From an uncultured delta proteobacterium (GTDB lineage Bacteria; Myxococcota_A; Polyangia; Fen-1088), in the NCBI GenBank assembly GCA_963796685.1, contig CAWCMR010000025.1:192001-256000 (forward strand): a DNA stretch of 64,000 nucleotides. Direction: 5' to 3'. The position numbers and the translations under genes were made by a program. Numbering within the stretch: the first letter of the stretch is position 1; each line of letters begins with the position of its first letter. Of the stretch, positions 1-9,238 are shown piece after piece. The notes below the pieces were generated by a model. That model made no database searches and had not been told where the DNA came from. It worked only from the letters and a program-made list of their open reading frames with translations.

Positions 1-1
1 C

Positions 2-253
2 GGCGTGCTGTTCAGCCTGCAGCAGATCCACTGGCTGTACTACGCCGAAGCCCTGCTGATCCTTTGCGTGCTCCTGGTGTTCGTCATCAGTGCCTTCACC
101 AAAGCGCCCGCTTTGAGCACCGTACGCTACACCTACTACGGCGCCACCGCCGAAGAGAAGGCCGCCACCCGCGCAAGTTGGAACCGCTGGGACGTCGTCC
201 ACAGCGCAGTCATCGTGGGCATCATCGCCGTCTTCTATTACTACTTCTGGTAA
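2..253 (+). CDS. C-terminal end of sodium:solute (sugar) symporter, SSS/SLC5 family (partial, 5' end outside window)
   Basis: Two TM helices ending ...EEKAATRASWNRWDVVHSAVIVGIIAVFYYYFW, typical of the C-terminus of bacterial SGLT-like symporters; directly upstream of lamB-galM. Confidence 0.7.
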   Translation, partial: GVLFSLQQIHWLYYAEALLILCVLLVFVISAFTKAPALSTVRYTYYGATAEEKAATRASWNRWDVVHSAVIVGIIAVFYYYFW

Positions 254-314
254 ATGATGACGACCGATACACAGCTATAGCCATTGCGACATACATCAGA
301 AGAGGGGGCAAATC

Positions 315-1868
315 ATGCGACGACGATTACAGCTACTGGGGCTATCGGGAACATTCCTGACCGGCTTCCTGTCGATGCATGCCTTTGCCCAGGAAGCCAC
401 GGACGCCGACGCGCAACAACCCACCGAAGAGCCAAAAGCCGAGTCGCCGGCATCGGTTGCCCCAGCCGCCGTTGCCCCAGCCGCCGCAGTTGCCCCAGCC
501 GCCGCAGTTGTGCAAACCGCGGTTGCGCCAGCCGGCAAACCGAAAGTCGGAGATCTGACCACGCACGGATATTTCCGGGGCGGCGCTGGCATGAACTACG
601 ACCAAAAGGGCCGTATGACGTGCTTCAACCTCGCTCTCATTGGGGGGATACTCTCCAAGTATAGGCTCGGCAACGAGTGCGAGGTGTGGGGCGAGTTGGA
701 CCTGACATCGGTGGTGTACGCGGGCGAGGATGGCACGGTCGCATCGTTGCACTTCATGCCGGTCGCCTACATACCGACCTCCCATATCGGCTACACCCCG
801 ACCGGGGTCACCTCTTCGGACCTGGGTTCGCCCGGAACCGGCGCGACGGTGGCCTTCCCCAATCTCTACGCTGACATCAAGGGAATTTCTTGGCTTTTCG
901 GAGGGACCCCCTGGGTCGGTACCCGCTACTACAAGCGCGAAAGCGTTTACATCAGCGACTTCTATTATTGGAACCCCTCCGGCGTGGGAGCGGGCGTCGA
1001 AGATGTCAACCTTGGATCCGTGTTCGGCAGCAGCAGCGACTTCATGAAAGACCTGCGGCTCAGCTATGCTGTTTTCGCCGTCGATGGGCAACCCAACTCC
1101 AGTACTCAGCCGGCGCTGCCGCTGCAGGTCGACCTTGGCATTCGAAACGATGTGCAACTACGAGGGATCCGGCCGTACAAAGGTGGTGAGCTCCAGATCG
1201 GGTTCCAGTACATCGCGAATTGGACCAACAAGAGTGAGCCGGCCAACGGCAACGGCAACACGAAGGGCGGCTGGGGCGTCACTATCCAACACGTCCAGGA
1301 CTTACTGGGCGGCAACAACAAGCTGGCTCTTCAATACGGCAAGGGCGGTGGATCGGGCTTTGGAACGCTCGGACGCTTCTATTACCCCGACTTCTCGATC
1401 TACTACCTCCCGGGACAGTCCCGGCTGCGCGTCCTCGATGTGCTCACCATTCAGCCCGCCGACTGGCTGGGCACGCAAATCGTCGGGGTGTACCAGCGCG
1501 ACAAGGGCTACCTGCAAGGTGAGTCCTCGTCGACTTGGTACTCCGCCGGCACGCGCGTAAGCATCGCATTGGCCGCGCACGCCAAACTGCTTGGCGAGGT
1601 CGGCTACGACCACGTGCAAAAGAACAACGGCGCAGCCCCGCAATGGCTGGCCAAGTTCACCATTGCCCCCGCGATCGCCGGCGCCAAAGGATTCTGGGGT
1701 CGCCCGGAGCTACGCCTGTTCTACACCTATGCGATGTGGAGCGAGGCTGCTGCCATCGCCACCGTCGATTCGGGCCAGGTCTACACCAGCCCGATCCCCG
1801 ACACGGACCCTCCTGTGTATCGGTTGAGCGGCTCCATTGCCGGCGTGCAAGCCGAAGCCATGTGGTAG
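315..1868 (+). CDS. lamB: Maltoporin-family (LamB) carbohydrate porin
   Basis: Signal peptide; HGYFRGGAG, YRLGNECEVWGEL, WVGTRYY and RPELRLFYTYA motifs; terminal GVQAEAMW beta-signal. Confidence 0.9.
   Translation: MRRRLQLLGLSGTFLTGFLSMHAFAQEATDADAQQPTEEPKAESPASVAPAAVAPAAAVAPAAAVVQTAVAPAGKPKVGDLTTHGYFRGGAGMNYDQKGRMTCFNLALIGGILSKYRLGNECEVWGELDLTSVVYAGEDGTVASLHFMPVAYIPTSHIGYTPTGVTSSDLGSPGTGATVAFPNLYADIKGISWLFGGTPWVGTRYYKRESVYISDFYYWNPSGVGAGVEDVNLGSVFGSSSDFMKDLRLSYAVFAVDGQPNSSTQPALPLQVDLGIRNDVQLRGIRPYKGGELQIGFQYIANWTNKSEPANGNGNTKGGWGVTIQHVQDLLGGNNKLALQYGKGGGSGFGTLGRFYYPDFSIYYLPGQSRLRVLDVLTIQPADWLGTQIVGVYQRDKGYLQGESSSTWYSAGTRVSIALAAHAKLLGEVGYDHVQKNNGAAPQWLAKFTIAPAIAGAKGFWGRPELRLFYTYAMWSEAAAIATVDSGQVYTSPIPDTDPPVYRLSGSIAGVQAEAMW
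456..510 (+). repeat. Short intragenic tandem repeat (VAPAA/VAPAAA x3) in LamB N-terminal linker
   Basis: gttgccccagccgcc(gca) repeated three times. Confidence 0.85.
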
Positions 1869-1886
1869 CCGGAGAGGAACGCAGCC

Positions 1887-3047
1887 ATGGCCATGACATC
1901 CACCCTGTCCGTCCTTGTCCTAGCGTCGACGCTGCCCATGCTGACGTCGACGGCGACAGCCTCCGCCGAGCCCAGCAAGAAGGCCGCGCCATCGGTCAGC
2001 GAAACCGCGTTCGGCACCCTCGAAGACGGCGGGAAGGTGACCCTCTACACGCTCACCAACCCGTCCGGCGCCGAGGTCAGGATCATCAACTACGGGGCCA
2101 TTGTCGTCTCGCTGAAGGTCCCCGATCGCCAGGGAAAGCTCCGCGACGTCGTTCTCGGCTATGACGATCTCGCGGGATACGTCAAGGACAAGAATTTCTT
2201 CGGGGCCATCGTCGGTCGGTACGGGAACCGCATCGCGGCGGGCAAATTCACGCTCGATGGGAAGACCTATCAGCTCGACCTCAACGATGGTCCGAACCAC
2301 CTGCACGGTGGCGCACACGGCTTCTACAAGAAGCTGTGGAAGGGGGAGCCGATCAAAGGCAAGCAGGGCCCGGGCGTGAAGCTCACTTATGTGAGCAAGG
2401 ACGGCGAGGAGGGATATCCCGGAACCGTCACGCTGACCGTCACGTACACGCTGACCCGCAACAACGCCCTTCGCATCGAGTACCGCGGGACGACCGACAA
2501 GCCGACCATTCTCAACCCGACCAACCACTCTTACTTCAATCTCAGCGGAGATCCGACGCAGACGATTCTCGGCGAAGAGCTGACCATCGACGCCGACAAG
2601 ACGACACCGGTCGGTGCGGGCCTCATCCCCACGGGAAAGCTGGCGGATGTCGCGGGCACCCCGATGGATTTTCGCAAAGCTACCAAGATCGGCGCCCGCA
2701 TCGACGCCCAAGACGAGCAGCTGGCTCTCGGCAAGGGCTACGACCACAACTGGGTTCTTCGCGGCGCTTCCAAGAAAGTGCGCAAGGCAGCCGAGCTTTA
2801 CGACCCGACCAGTGGCATTGTCATGCAGGTGCTTACCGATCAGCCAGGCCTCCAGTTCTACTCTGGCAACTTCCTCGACGGGACCGTCCATGGCAAGGGT
2901 GGCTTGGCCTATCGGCACCGCACCGCGCTGTGTCTGGAAGCACAACTATTCCCCGATGCGCCCAACCACCCTTCATTCCCCAGCGCCGTGCTCCGGCCCG
3001 GTCAACATTACACGCAGACCACCCTCTACCAGTTCTCAACGCGATAG
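1887..3047 (+). CDS. galM: Aldose 1-epimerase (galactose mutarotase), with signal peptide
   Basis: GRYGNRI, HLHGG, DGEEGYPG, NPTNHSYFNL, GYDHNW and CLEAQ motifs; N-terminal signal peptide; GGAGAGG RBS. Confidence 0.95.
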   Translation: MAMTSTLSVLVLASTLPMLTSTATASAEPSKKAAPSVSETAFGTLEDGGKVTLYTLTNPSGAEVRIINYGAIVVSLKVPDRQGKLRDVVLGYDDLAGYVKDKNFFGAIVGRYGNRIAAGKFTLDGKTYQLDLNDGPNHLHGGAHGFYKKLWKGEPIKGKQGPGVKLTYVSKDGEEGYPGTVTLTVTYTLTRNNALRIEYRGTTDKPTILNPTNHSYFNLSGDPTQTILGEELTIDADKTTPVGAGLIPTGKLADVAGTPMDFRKATKIGARIDAQDEQLALGKGYDHNWVLRGASKKVRKAAELYDPTSGIVMQVLTDQPGLQFYSGNFLDGTVHGKGGLAYRHRTALCLEAQLFPDAPNHPSFPSAVLRPGQHYTQTTLYQFSTR

Positions 3048-3274
3048 ACATGAACCAGCCTGCGAGAAATCGAGACGGAATTCGCTCGCTCATCCCACTA
3101 CATAGATCAATGCATGGGATCGTCCGTTCGGCGATCACCCATGACAATGTCGAGACAGCAGTAACAATAGAAGAAATAGCAACTACGAGACGCTGACCAG
3201 GGAATGTGTGCTGCCATCAGGCGGCAATTCGCACCACCGCGATTCTGGTTCGACCCAAGCCAAGGAGAAGTCAA

Positions 3275-5311
3275 ATGAAGCTCCAGTCTGCAGTTTTTGC
3301 AACAGCAGCGGTATTCGGAATGGTTTCAGGTGCGTGCACCTCTACGAGCACACCATCGGGAACCGGAGGAAACACGGCGGCGAAGACTGGCGGGTCCTCT
3401 GGCAGCGGCGGGGCGAGCAAAGGCGGAAGCTCCGGTAGCGGTGGGCAGGCGGGCGGAAGCTCGGGTGGATCGGGGGGCGCAGGAGGCGGACAGACGGGCG
3501 GAAGCTCCGGCAGCGGAGGCTCGTCGACCTGCAATGCTTCGGCCAGCGTAACTCCATGCGGCGGGGACGTCACCGGAACCTGGACCGTGACCTCGGCGTG
3601 TCTAAGTCTGTCCGGTCCACTGGACATGCAGACCCTGTTTGCCTTGTCATGCCCGACCGGGCAAGTCACGGGGAGCCTTCAGGTGACCGGAACCTGGACC
3701 GCCAAGGCCGATGGGACGTTCGTGGACGGCACGACCACGACAGGCACCGAGCAGCTCTCCCTGCCTTCCGAATGCAAGATCCTCTCGAAGTCCCCTGTGA
3801 CCTGCGACCGAATCGGTTCGGTCATGTCGGGTGGATACTACGACACCGCGACTTGCGTCGACGCTGCCGACGGAGGCTGCACGTGCTCGGGCACTATCAA
3901 ACAGACCGGCTCGATGGGCTTTGTAAGCTCTGACCCACAGACCAGTGGCAATTACACGACCGCGAGCAACACCATCACGAATACCCAGGACAGCACGCAG
4001 CTCTCGTACTGTGTGTCAGGCAACAAGCTGACGTTGACCCCGCAGGGCACCAGCCCGGCCGCGACAGGCACGATCGTGCTGCAAAGTGGGGCTGGTGGCG
4101 GTGGCGGATCTGGAAGCGGAGGAGCAACCGGGAAAGGCGGAGGCTCTGGGTCAGGCGGCGCCAGCGGTGGCGGTGCCAGCGGCTCGGGCGGTGCGGGCGC
4201 AAGTGGCGGAGCCAGCGGCTCGGGCGGCGTCTCTGCGGCGGGCGGCAAGAGCGGTTCCGGCGGTACGGCCGGATCAGGGGGCATCAGCGCGAGCGGAGGT
4301 TCGGCGGGTAGCGGAGGCTCGCCGAACATCGGCAGCGGCCCCTGCGACATCTACGCCGCGGCCAGCATGCCTTGTGGCGCCGCGTACAGCATGGTTCGCG
4401 CGCTGTCGAGCAAGTACAGCGGTCCACTCTACCAGGTCCGCAACGGGAGCTCCGCCACGAACACGGGCACGGGCGGCACGACCAAGGATATCCTGATGCT
4501 CGCCGACGGCTACGCGGATTCGGCATCGCAGGACACCTTCTGTACCAGCACCTGCACGGTCTCGAAGTTGTATGACCAGTCCGGGAACGGGAACGATCTC
4601 ATCAGGGGGTCCGCAGGCCCCTCGGGCAACGGCACACGCTCTGCAAACGACGACTACGAGGCCGTCGCGAACAAGATCTCGATAACGGCCGGCGGTCACA
4701 AAGTCTACGCGCTCTATGTACAGGTCTATGGGGGGTATCGGACTGCGTTGAATGTCACGGGCAAAGGCATCCCGACCGGCAACAAGGACCAGGGCATCTA
4801 CGAGCTCGTAGACGGCACCCACTTCGGTAAGCAATGCTGCTGGGACTTCGGCTCTGTCTCACCCGACCCCAACAAGTACGTGACCATGAACACGTTGTTC
4901 TTTGGAACCGGCTTTTGGGGCTCCGGCGCTGGCAGCGGCCCATGGTTCGGGGGGGACTTCGAGGGCGGCGTGTGGATGGGCGGCTCTTCTGCAACGCCAG
5001 GAGCCAACTCGAGCAACCCGTCCATGGGCGTTGCTTTCGCCCTCGGCGTTCTCCACACGCCGGTCGGGAAGTATTCCCTTAGGATGGCGGACATATCGAC
5101 TGCCAGCGATCTCACGACCGCCTACGACGGTAACATCCCCAGCGGCAAGACGTGGGGCAACGCGGGCGGCATCGTCATGGGTGTTGGCGGTGACAACAGC
5201 AACAATTCGGAGGGAACCTTCTTCGAGGGCGCAGTCACCAACGGAGCGCCGTCAACCGCAACCGACCTCCTCATCATGAAGAATATCCAGGCCGTGGGGT
5301 ACAAGAAGTAG
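3275..5311 (+). CDS. GH54 alpha-L-arabinofuranosidase B lipoprotein with N-terminal 10-Cys module and Gly/Ser linkers
   Basis: ATG 3275 after AGGAG; lipobox SGAC; GPCDIY, YDQSGNGNDL, CCWDFG, PWFGGDFEG, GGDNSN and GTFFEG GH54 motifs. Confidence 0.9.
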   Translation: MKLQSAVFATAAVFGMVSGACTSTSTPSGTGGNTAAKTGGSSGSGGASKGGSSGSGGQAGGSSGGSGGAGGGQTGGSSGSGGSSTCNASASVTPCGGDVTGTWTVTSACLSLSGPLDMQTLFALSCPTGQVTGSLQVTGTWTAKADGTFVDGTTTTGTEQLSLPSECKILSKSPVTCDRIGSVMSGGYYDTATCVDAADGGCTCSGTIKQTGSMGFVSSDPQTSGNYTTASNTITNTQDSTQLSYCVSGNKLTLTPQGTSPAATGTIVLQSGAGGGGGSGSGGATGKGGGSGSGGASGGGASGSGGAGASGGASGSGGVSAAGGKSGSGGTAGSGGISASGGSAGSGGSPNIGSGPCDIYAAASMPCGAAYSMVRALSSKYSGPLYQVRNGSSATNTGTGGTTKDILMLADGYADSASQDTFCTSTCTVSKLYDQSGNGNDLIRGSAGPSGNGTRSANDDYEAVANKISITAGGHKVYALYVQVYGGYRTALNVTGKGIPTGNKDQGIYELVDGTHFGKQCCWDFGSVSPDPNKYVTMNTLFFGTGFWGSGAGSGPWFGGDFEGGVWMGGSSATPGANSSNPSMGVAFALGVLHTPVGKYSLRMADISTASDLTTAYDGNIPSGKTWGNAGGIVMGVGGDNSNNSEGTFFEGAVTNGAPSTATDLLIMKNIQAVGYKK

Positions 5312-5454
5312 GGCCCCATCGAGTTGCAAAAAACTCTAATGCCGAACCGTGGTTCGCTGGTCATCCATGACCCACATCAAGCAGTAGGACCTGGCGAAAT
5401 CGCCTGAAGTCCGGTCGCGCGACCACGGCAAGGTGGTAGCCTTCGGGAAGGACG

Positions 5455-7362
5455 ATGCCGCCGGTGACGTTGCATGGAGCGGGCATGCGCGCACATGATG
5501 GGGCGGCGTTGGCGCGGTGTCGGGGTCTCCTTTGGCCGGGGGCGTGCTTGGCGGGGCTGCTCGCGCTCGCGTCGCCCGTGCGGGCCCAGACACCCGCGAC
5601 CGTGGAGATCTCGGTCGACGCCACCGCAGCCGGAACGCCGCTCGAGCGGGTGTGGCCGTTTCACGGCTACGACGAGATCAATGACACGACCACGCCGGAA
5701 GGAACGGCGCTGCTCGGTACCCTCGCCGCCGCGCACACCGCGCCCGTGCACATCCGCAGTCACTTCCTCCTCAACACGGGCGACGGTACCCCGGCGATGA
5801 AGTGGGGATCGACGAACGTCTACACCGAGGACGCCGACGGCAACCCGATCTACAGCTGGACGCTGACGGACGGGATCATGGACACCATCACCGGTGTGGG
5901 CGCGTTTCCGTTCGTGGAGATCGCCTTCATGCCCCAGGCGCTCTCCACCCACCCCAACCCTTACCTCAACAGAAATACCCTGACGCTCGACAGCGGGTGC
6001 TTCTATCCCCCGACCGACCACACCAAGTGGGCGGCTCTCATTCGCACGTGGGCGGCGCACGCCAATGAACGCTATCCGGACGTCGCGACACGCTGGTTGT
6101 GGGAGCTTTGGAACGAGCCCGACAGTGGCTACTGGCACGGAACCTTCGCCGACTACGCGAAGCTTTATGACTACACGGAATCGGCCCTGCATGACGTGCT
6201 ACCCAGCGCGGCGCTCGGGGGCCCGGCGGTGGTGGACCCCGGGGGAACCTTCTTGACCCAATTCCTCCAGCATTGCGCGACGGGCACCAACGCCGTCACC
6301 GGCGGGACCGGCACGCGCCTCGATCTCGTCACCTTTCACGCCAAGGGCGGGACCGCCATCGCCGACGGCCACGTCGAGATGAACCTGGGAAATCAGCTTG
6401 GCCTCCACCGCGCCGGCATGAACGCGGTCGCGGCGGTCGCTGCCTTCCAGGCGACGCCGATCTACATCACCGAGGCCGACCCGGACGGCTGCGCGGCTTG
6501 CTCCGACACCACGACGCCGGCAGATGCATACCGAGAGTCGCCCGCGTACGGCGCGTACGAGGTCGCGATGATGAAACGGACGCTCGAGCTCGAGGAGCGG
6601 CTGGGCGTGAAGCTCGGGGGAATCCTCACCTGGGCTTTTACTTTCCCGGGCACGCCCTACTTCGCCGGATATCGAGTGCTGGCAACGAACGGGATCGACC
6701 TGCCGGTGCTCGGGGCCTTCAAGCTGCTCGGAAGCCTCGCCGGCACACGGCTGCCTGTCGTCAGTAGCGGCGCCTTGACCCTGGACGAGATCCTAGCCGA
6801 CAGCGTGCGCGGGCAGGCCGACACGGACGGGATGGCCACCCTGAACGGCACCCAGGTGCAGGTGCTGGTTTGGAACTACCACGACGATCTGGTGACGGCG
6901 CCAGCGACGCCGATTCAACTGACCGTCAAGGTGCCGAGCACCTTCGGCGCTCGGCTGACGGTGACCCACCTGCGCGTCGACGACACCCACGGCGATGCGT
7001 ACACGCTCTGGACCACGCAGGGAAGTCCGGCGACGCCGTCGGCGGCACAGCTCGCGGCGCTGCAACAGGGAATGGACCCGGCTCCGCTCGGAGCCGTGCA
7101 GACCCTCGACGTCGCGGGCGGATTGGTGAGCCTGGCCTTCGATCTGCCGCGCTTCGGGCTCTCGTTGCTCACGCTGTCTCCGGCCGCCGGGCCGGCCGAC
7201 GCCTCTGCCAACGGTGCTGTCACGCCACTCGGCGCAAAAGGCGGTGGTTGCGCCTGCGCCATCTCGACGGGTGGCGGAGCCCCTGCTCCCCGCGCGCTCA
7301 CCCTCTTCTTCGTCGTTGCCGGTCTCGCAGCTCGGGCTCGAGCCAGACGAGGCATACGCTGA
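5455..7362 (+). CDS. GH39 beta-xylosidase-like glycoside hydrolase with MYXO-CTERM tail
   Basis: KWGSTNVYTED, WELWNEPD (acid/base) and YITEAD (nucleophile); C-terminal GGGCAC-hydrophobic-RARARR; exact start uncertain. Confidence 0.88.
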   Translation: MPPVTLHGAGMRAHDGAALARCRGLLWPGACLAGLLALASPVRAQTPATVEISVDATAAGTPLERVWPFHGYDEINDTTTPEGTALLGTLAAAHTAPVHIRSHFLLNTGDGTPAMKWGSTNVYTEDADGNPIYSWTLTDGIMDTITGVGAFPFVEIAFMPQALSTHPNPYLNRNTLTLDSGCFYPPTDHTKWAALIRTWAAHANERYPDVATRWLWELWNEPDSGYWHGTFADYAKLYDYTESALHDVLPSAALGGPAVVDPGGTFLTQFLQHCATGTNAVTGGTGTRLDLVTFHAKGGTAIADGHVEMNLGNQLGLHRAGMNAVAAVAAFQATPIYITEADPDGCAACSDTTTPADAYRESPAYGAYEVAMMKRTLELEERLGVKLGGILTWAFTFPGTPYFAGYRVLATNGIDLPVLGAFKLLGSLAGTRLPVVSSGALTLDEILADSVRGQADTDGMATLNGTQVQVLVWNYHDDLVTAPATPIQLTVKVPSTFGARLTVTHLRVDDTHGDAYTLWTTQGSPATPSAAQLAALQQGMDPAPLGAVQTLDVAGGLVSLAFDLPRFGLSLLTLSPAAGPADASANGAVTPLGAKGGGCACAISTGGGAPAPRALTLFFVVAGLAARARARRGIR

Positions 7363-7504
7363 GCCCGAATCATTTCCGGATTCCAACCACAAGGACACAA
7401 GACGTGTCCATAAATGGACCACCTTTCCCTGACGGCCGCGCCCTTTCGGTGTCCGAGGTCGCCGTGGTAGGGTCTCGTGGGCTAGCCTTCGGGGGCCTCC
7501 GACC

Positions 7505-9217
7505 ATGAACAAGCCAGCCTGGACACCGTCAAGGATTGCTCTCGTCCTGTTGCCCACGGCGCTCTTGACCCTGCTCGCAATCGGAGTCGCTCGGCCCGGC
7601 TACACCGAACCGCTTTTCGTCCACACGGCCTACTACTTCCTGATGGCCACGGTGCTGTGCTGGGTTGGTACCTACCTCTATGCCGCGCGCGAGGTACGCT
7701 GGGCGACGATCGTTACGTGGGTGAAGGAGAATTGGCCGGGGCTCGTCATCTCGCTCGTCGTCACGATCGTCGGGTGGCTCGCCGTCCATCCCGCTCTGCG
7801 CATACTCTCCGACGAAGCGGGCCTGGTCGGGACATCGAAGAACCTCTGGGCCAGCAGAACCGCCACTTTCACCGTTTCGGGCAAATACTACTACGACAGC
7901 TACTGGGACATCGACGTGGCCGTCGACCAGCGGCCGGCGATGTTCCCATTCCTGGTCAGCCTGGTCCATGTCCTGTGCGGCTATTCGTACAAGAACGTCT
8001 TCCTGTTCAACCTGATGGTGCTGCCGGCTTTCGTGCTCGTGGCCTACCGGCTGGCCAGATCCATCGGGAGCAAGACCTTCGCCATCGTTGCCGCCCTGCT
8101 CGTGGTGGCCCATCCCATCACCCTGCTTTCGGTCCGCTCAGGCGGGTTCGATTTCTTGGCCGCCTTCTTCGCTTTGCTGATCATCAAGAGTCTGCACGAC
8201 CACACGCGCGCGCCCTCGCCCGAGAGGCTGGCAATCCTGTGGATGAATCTGTGCATGTTCGCCGAGATCCGCTACGAGAGCGTTCTGTTCCTCCCGCCCG
8301 TGTTGGCGTTGCTGCTTCTCTTCCGGATGGTCACTTGGAGCACCCTGCGTCCTTTCGCCTTCATCTACGCGCTCACGCCTGCCTATCTCATCCCCCGCCT
8401 CTGGCAGGCGGTGTTCCGCGGGAGCATCCCGGAGCAGTCTCCGGGGACTATCGTCTTCAGCTTGAAGAACTTCTTCGACAACGCGCGCGACTACTTCAAG
8501 CCCATCCTGTCGCCCTTCGCTTCCCAGCCCTTGCATTCGGCCATCGTGATCGCCCTGGGCGTCGTCGGGTGCGTTCTCTGGTTGCGCTGGCTTTACCGCC
8601 GGCTCCTCGCGCGCGATTGGAAGAGCCCCCAGGTACGATTCGCCATCTCGGTCGCCGCCTGGATGCTGGTGCAGGCGATTCTCGTCTTCACCTACGTATG
8701 GGGGCGCGCGCAGTACCCATCGGCCGCCCGCCTGGTCCTCGCCATCGACACCTTCTTCGCCTTCCCCGCCGCTTGGGTCTTGACCCTTTGGCTCAGGCGC
8801 TGGAGGCCCTTGGTGGCCATCCTGCTGGCCACTGCGGTCGTCGCCTTCTACCTGCCGGTAGCGTCCCAGCATCGGATGCTGAACCGGCTGACCCAGACCA
8901 GGGAGGTTGCCACCACCTGGCCTTTCTTCGAGGGCCTGCACACCAAACGCATCATCATCGTCGCCGATCGTCCCGGCCTTTACACCATCATGGACTACGG
9001 CGCGATGGACTTCGAGACCGCGAGGCATGACCCCGTCATCTTCGATGCCCTGGCCCACGGCCTGTTCTACGATATCTACCTGGTCCAGCAGATTGACCTG
9101 ACGACGAACGAGCCGTTCCCCGCGTATGCCATCTGGCCCACGCGCAGCCGGCAGACGATGCTGCAGTTTCAAAACGATGCGAACGTGATGGTTCGCATCT
9201 CACGCCTCGCTCATTGA
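7505..9217 (+). CDS. Polytopic membrane glycosyltransferase, GT-C fold (PMT/ArnT-like)
   Basis: Many TM helices; first-loop SDE motif followed by RPAMFPFLVS; soluble C-terminal domain. Confidence 0.6.
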   Translation: MNKPAWTPSRIALVLLPTALLTLLAIGVARPGYTEPLFVHTAYYFLMATVLCWVGTYLYAAREVRWATIVTWVKENWPGLVISLVVTIVGWLAVHPALRILSDEAGLVGTSKNLWASRTATFTVSGKYYYDSYWDIDVAVDQRPAMFPFLVSLVHVLCGYSYKNVFLFNLMVLPAFVLVAYRLARSIGSKTFAIVAALLVVAHPITLLSVRSGGFDFLAAFFALLIIKSLHDHTRAPSPERLAILWMNLCMFAEIRYESVLFLPPVLALLLLFRMVTWSTLRPFAFIYALTPAYLIPRLWQAVFRGSIPEQSPGTIVFSLKNFFDNARDYFKPILSPFASQPLHSAIVIALGVVGCVLWLRWLYRRLLARDWKSPQVRFAISVAAWMLVQAILVFTYVWGRAQYPSAARLVLAIDTFFAFPAAWVLTLWLRRWRPLVAILLATAVVAFYLPVASQHRMLNRLTQTREVATTWPFFEGLHTKRIIIVADRPGLYTIMDYGAMDFETARHDPVIFDALAHGLFYDIYLVQQIDLTTNEPFPAYAIWPTRSRQTMLQFQNDANVMVRISRLAH

Positions 9218-9238
9218 AGGTATTCGCTCGGATAACAA

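Noticed and set aside
4830-4910. Apparent loss of the Glu in the MEA motif of the first GH54 (MNT), suggesting an inactive enzyme
   Set aside because: The catalytic nucleophile of AbfB lies in the later DxE motif, which is retained (DFEG), as is GGDNS
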